DNA of 64,000 nt, from positions 21,762,001 through 21,826,000 of the forward strand of contig NC_135667.1 in NCBI RefSeq assembly GCF_964188315.1, in the 5' to 3' direction. The notes under the pieces are model-generated. The model did no database searches, had not been told where the DNA came from, and was given only the letters and a program-made list of their open reading frames with translations. Position numbers and translations under genes: made by a program. Below are positions 63,849-64,000 of the stretch, piece after piece (position 1 is the stretch's first letter; every line of letters begins with the position of its first letter). Source of the stretch: Podarcis muralis (lineage: Eukaryota).

Positions 63849-64000
63849 AGGCGTGACAGCAATTCTGTGTATAGTAGTTATTTGAGAGAGAGCTCTATTG
63901 AACTCTGGAATTCTTAACTCAGCTGTTAGGAGCTGGAGTCAGAAGTAGGTCAGTAATAAAACACCCAGTGAGAGTGAGGTTAGCTCCTTATTTAAAGAAA

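Overview
Vertebrate genomic DNA from a squamate, probably a lacertid lizard (inferred from Sauria SINE, BovB, CR1 and L2 repeat content). Left end (+ strand): a multi-exon trypsin-family serine protease gene of the PRSS27/marapsin type, with an intact catalytic triad, an unusual R|NVGG activation site and a GPI-like hydrophobic tail. From 14 kb to the right end (- strand): a tandem array of five six-exon vomeronasal type-2 receptor (V2R, class C GPCR) genes, labelled here A (14019-19356), B (21287-30791), C (32699-41876), D (44656-54809) and E (58116-63110), plus an exon-6 relic near 43.0-43.3 kb. All five have open spliced reading frames, but C has a GC donor at exon 4. Best observations: (1) gene B is a chimera (exons 1-3 from A, exons 4-6 from C) produced by a ~10-11.5 kb tandem duplication with its junction in intron 3; (2) a 52-nt, 3'-truncated, tail-less 7SK snRNA retrocopy with a perfect 17-bp target-site duplication in intron 2 of gene C; (3) gene-conversion-like patches, a shared TATA/TAAT promoter module and a start-codon switch among the paralogues. 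All exon boundaries and alignments were read by eye; no database searches were run.
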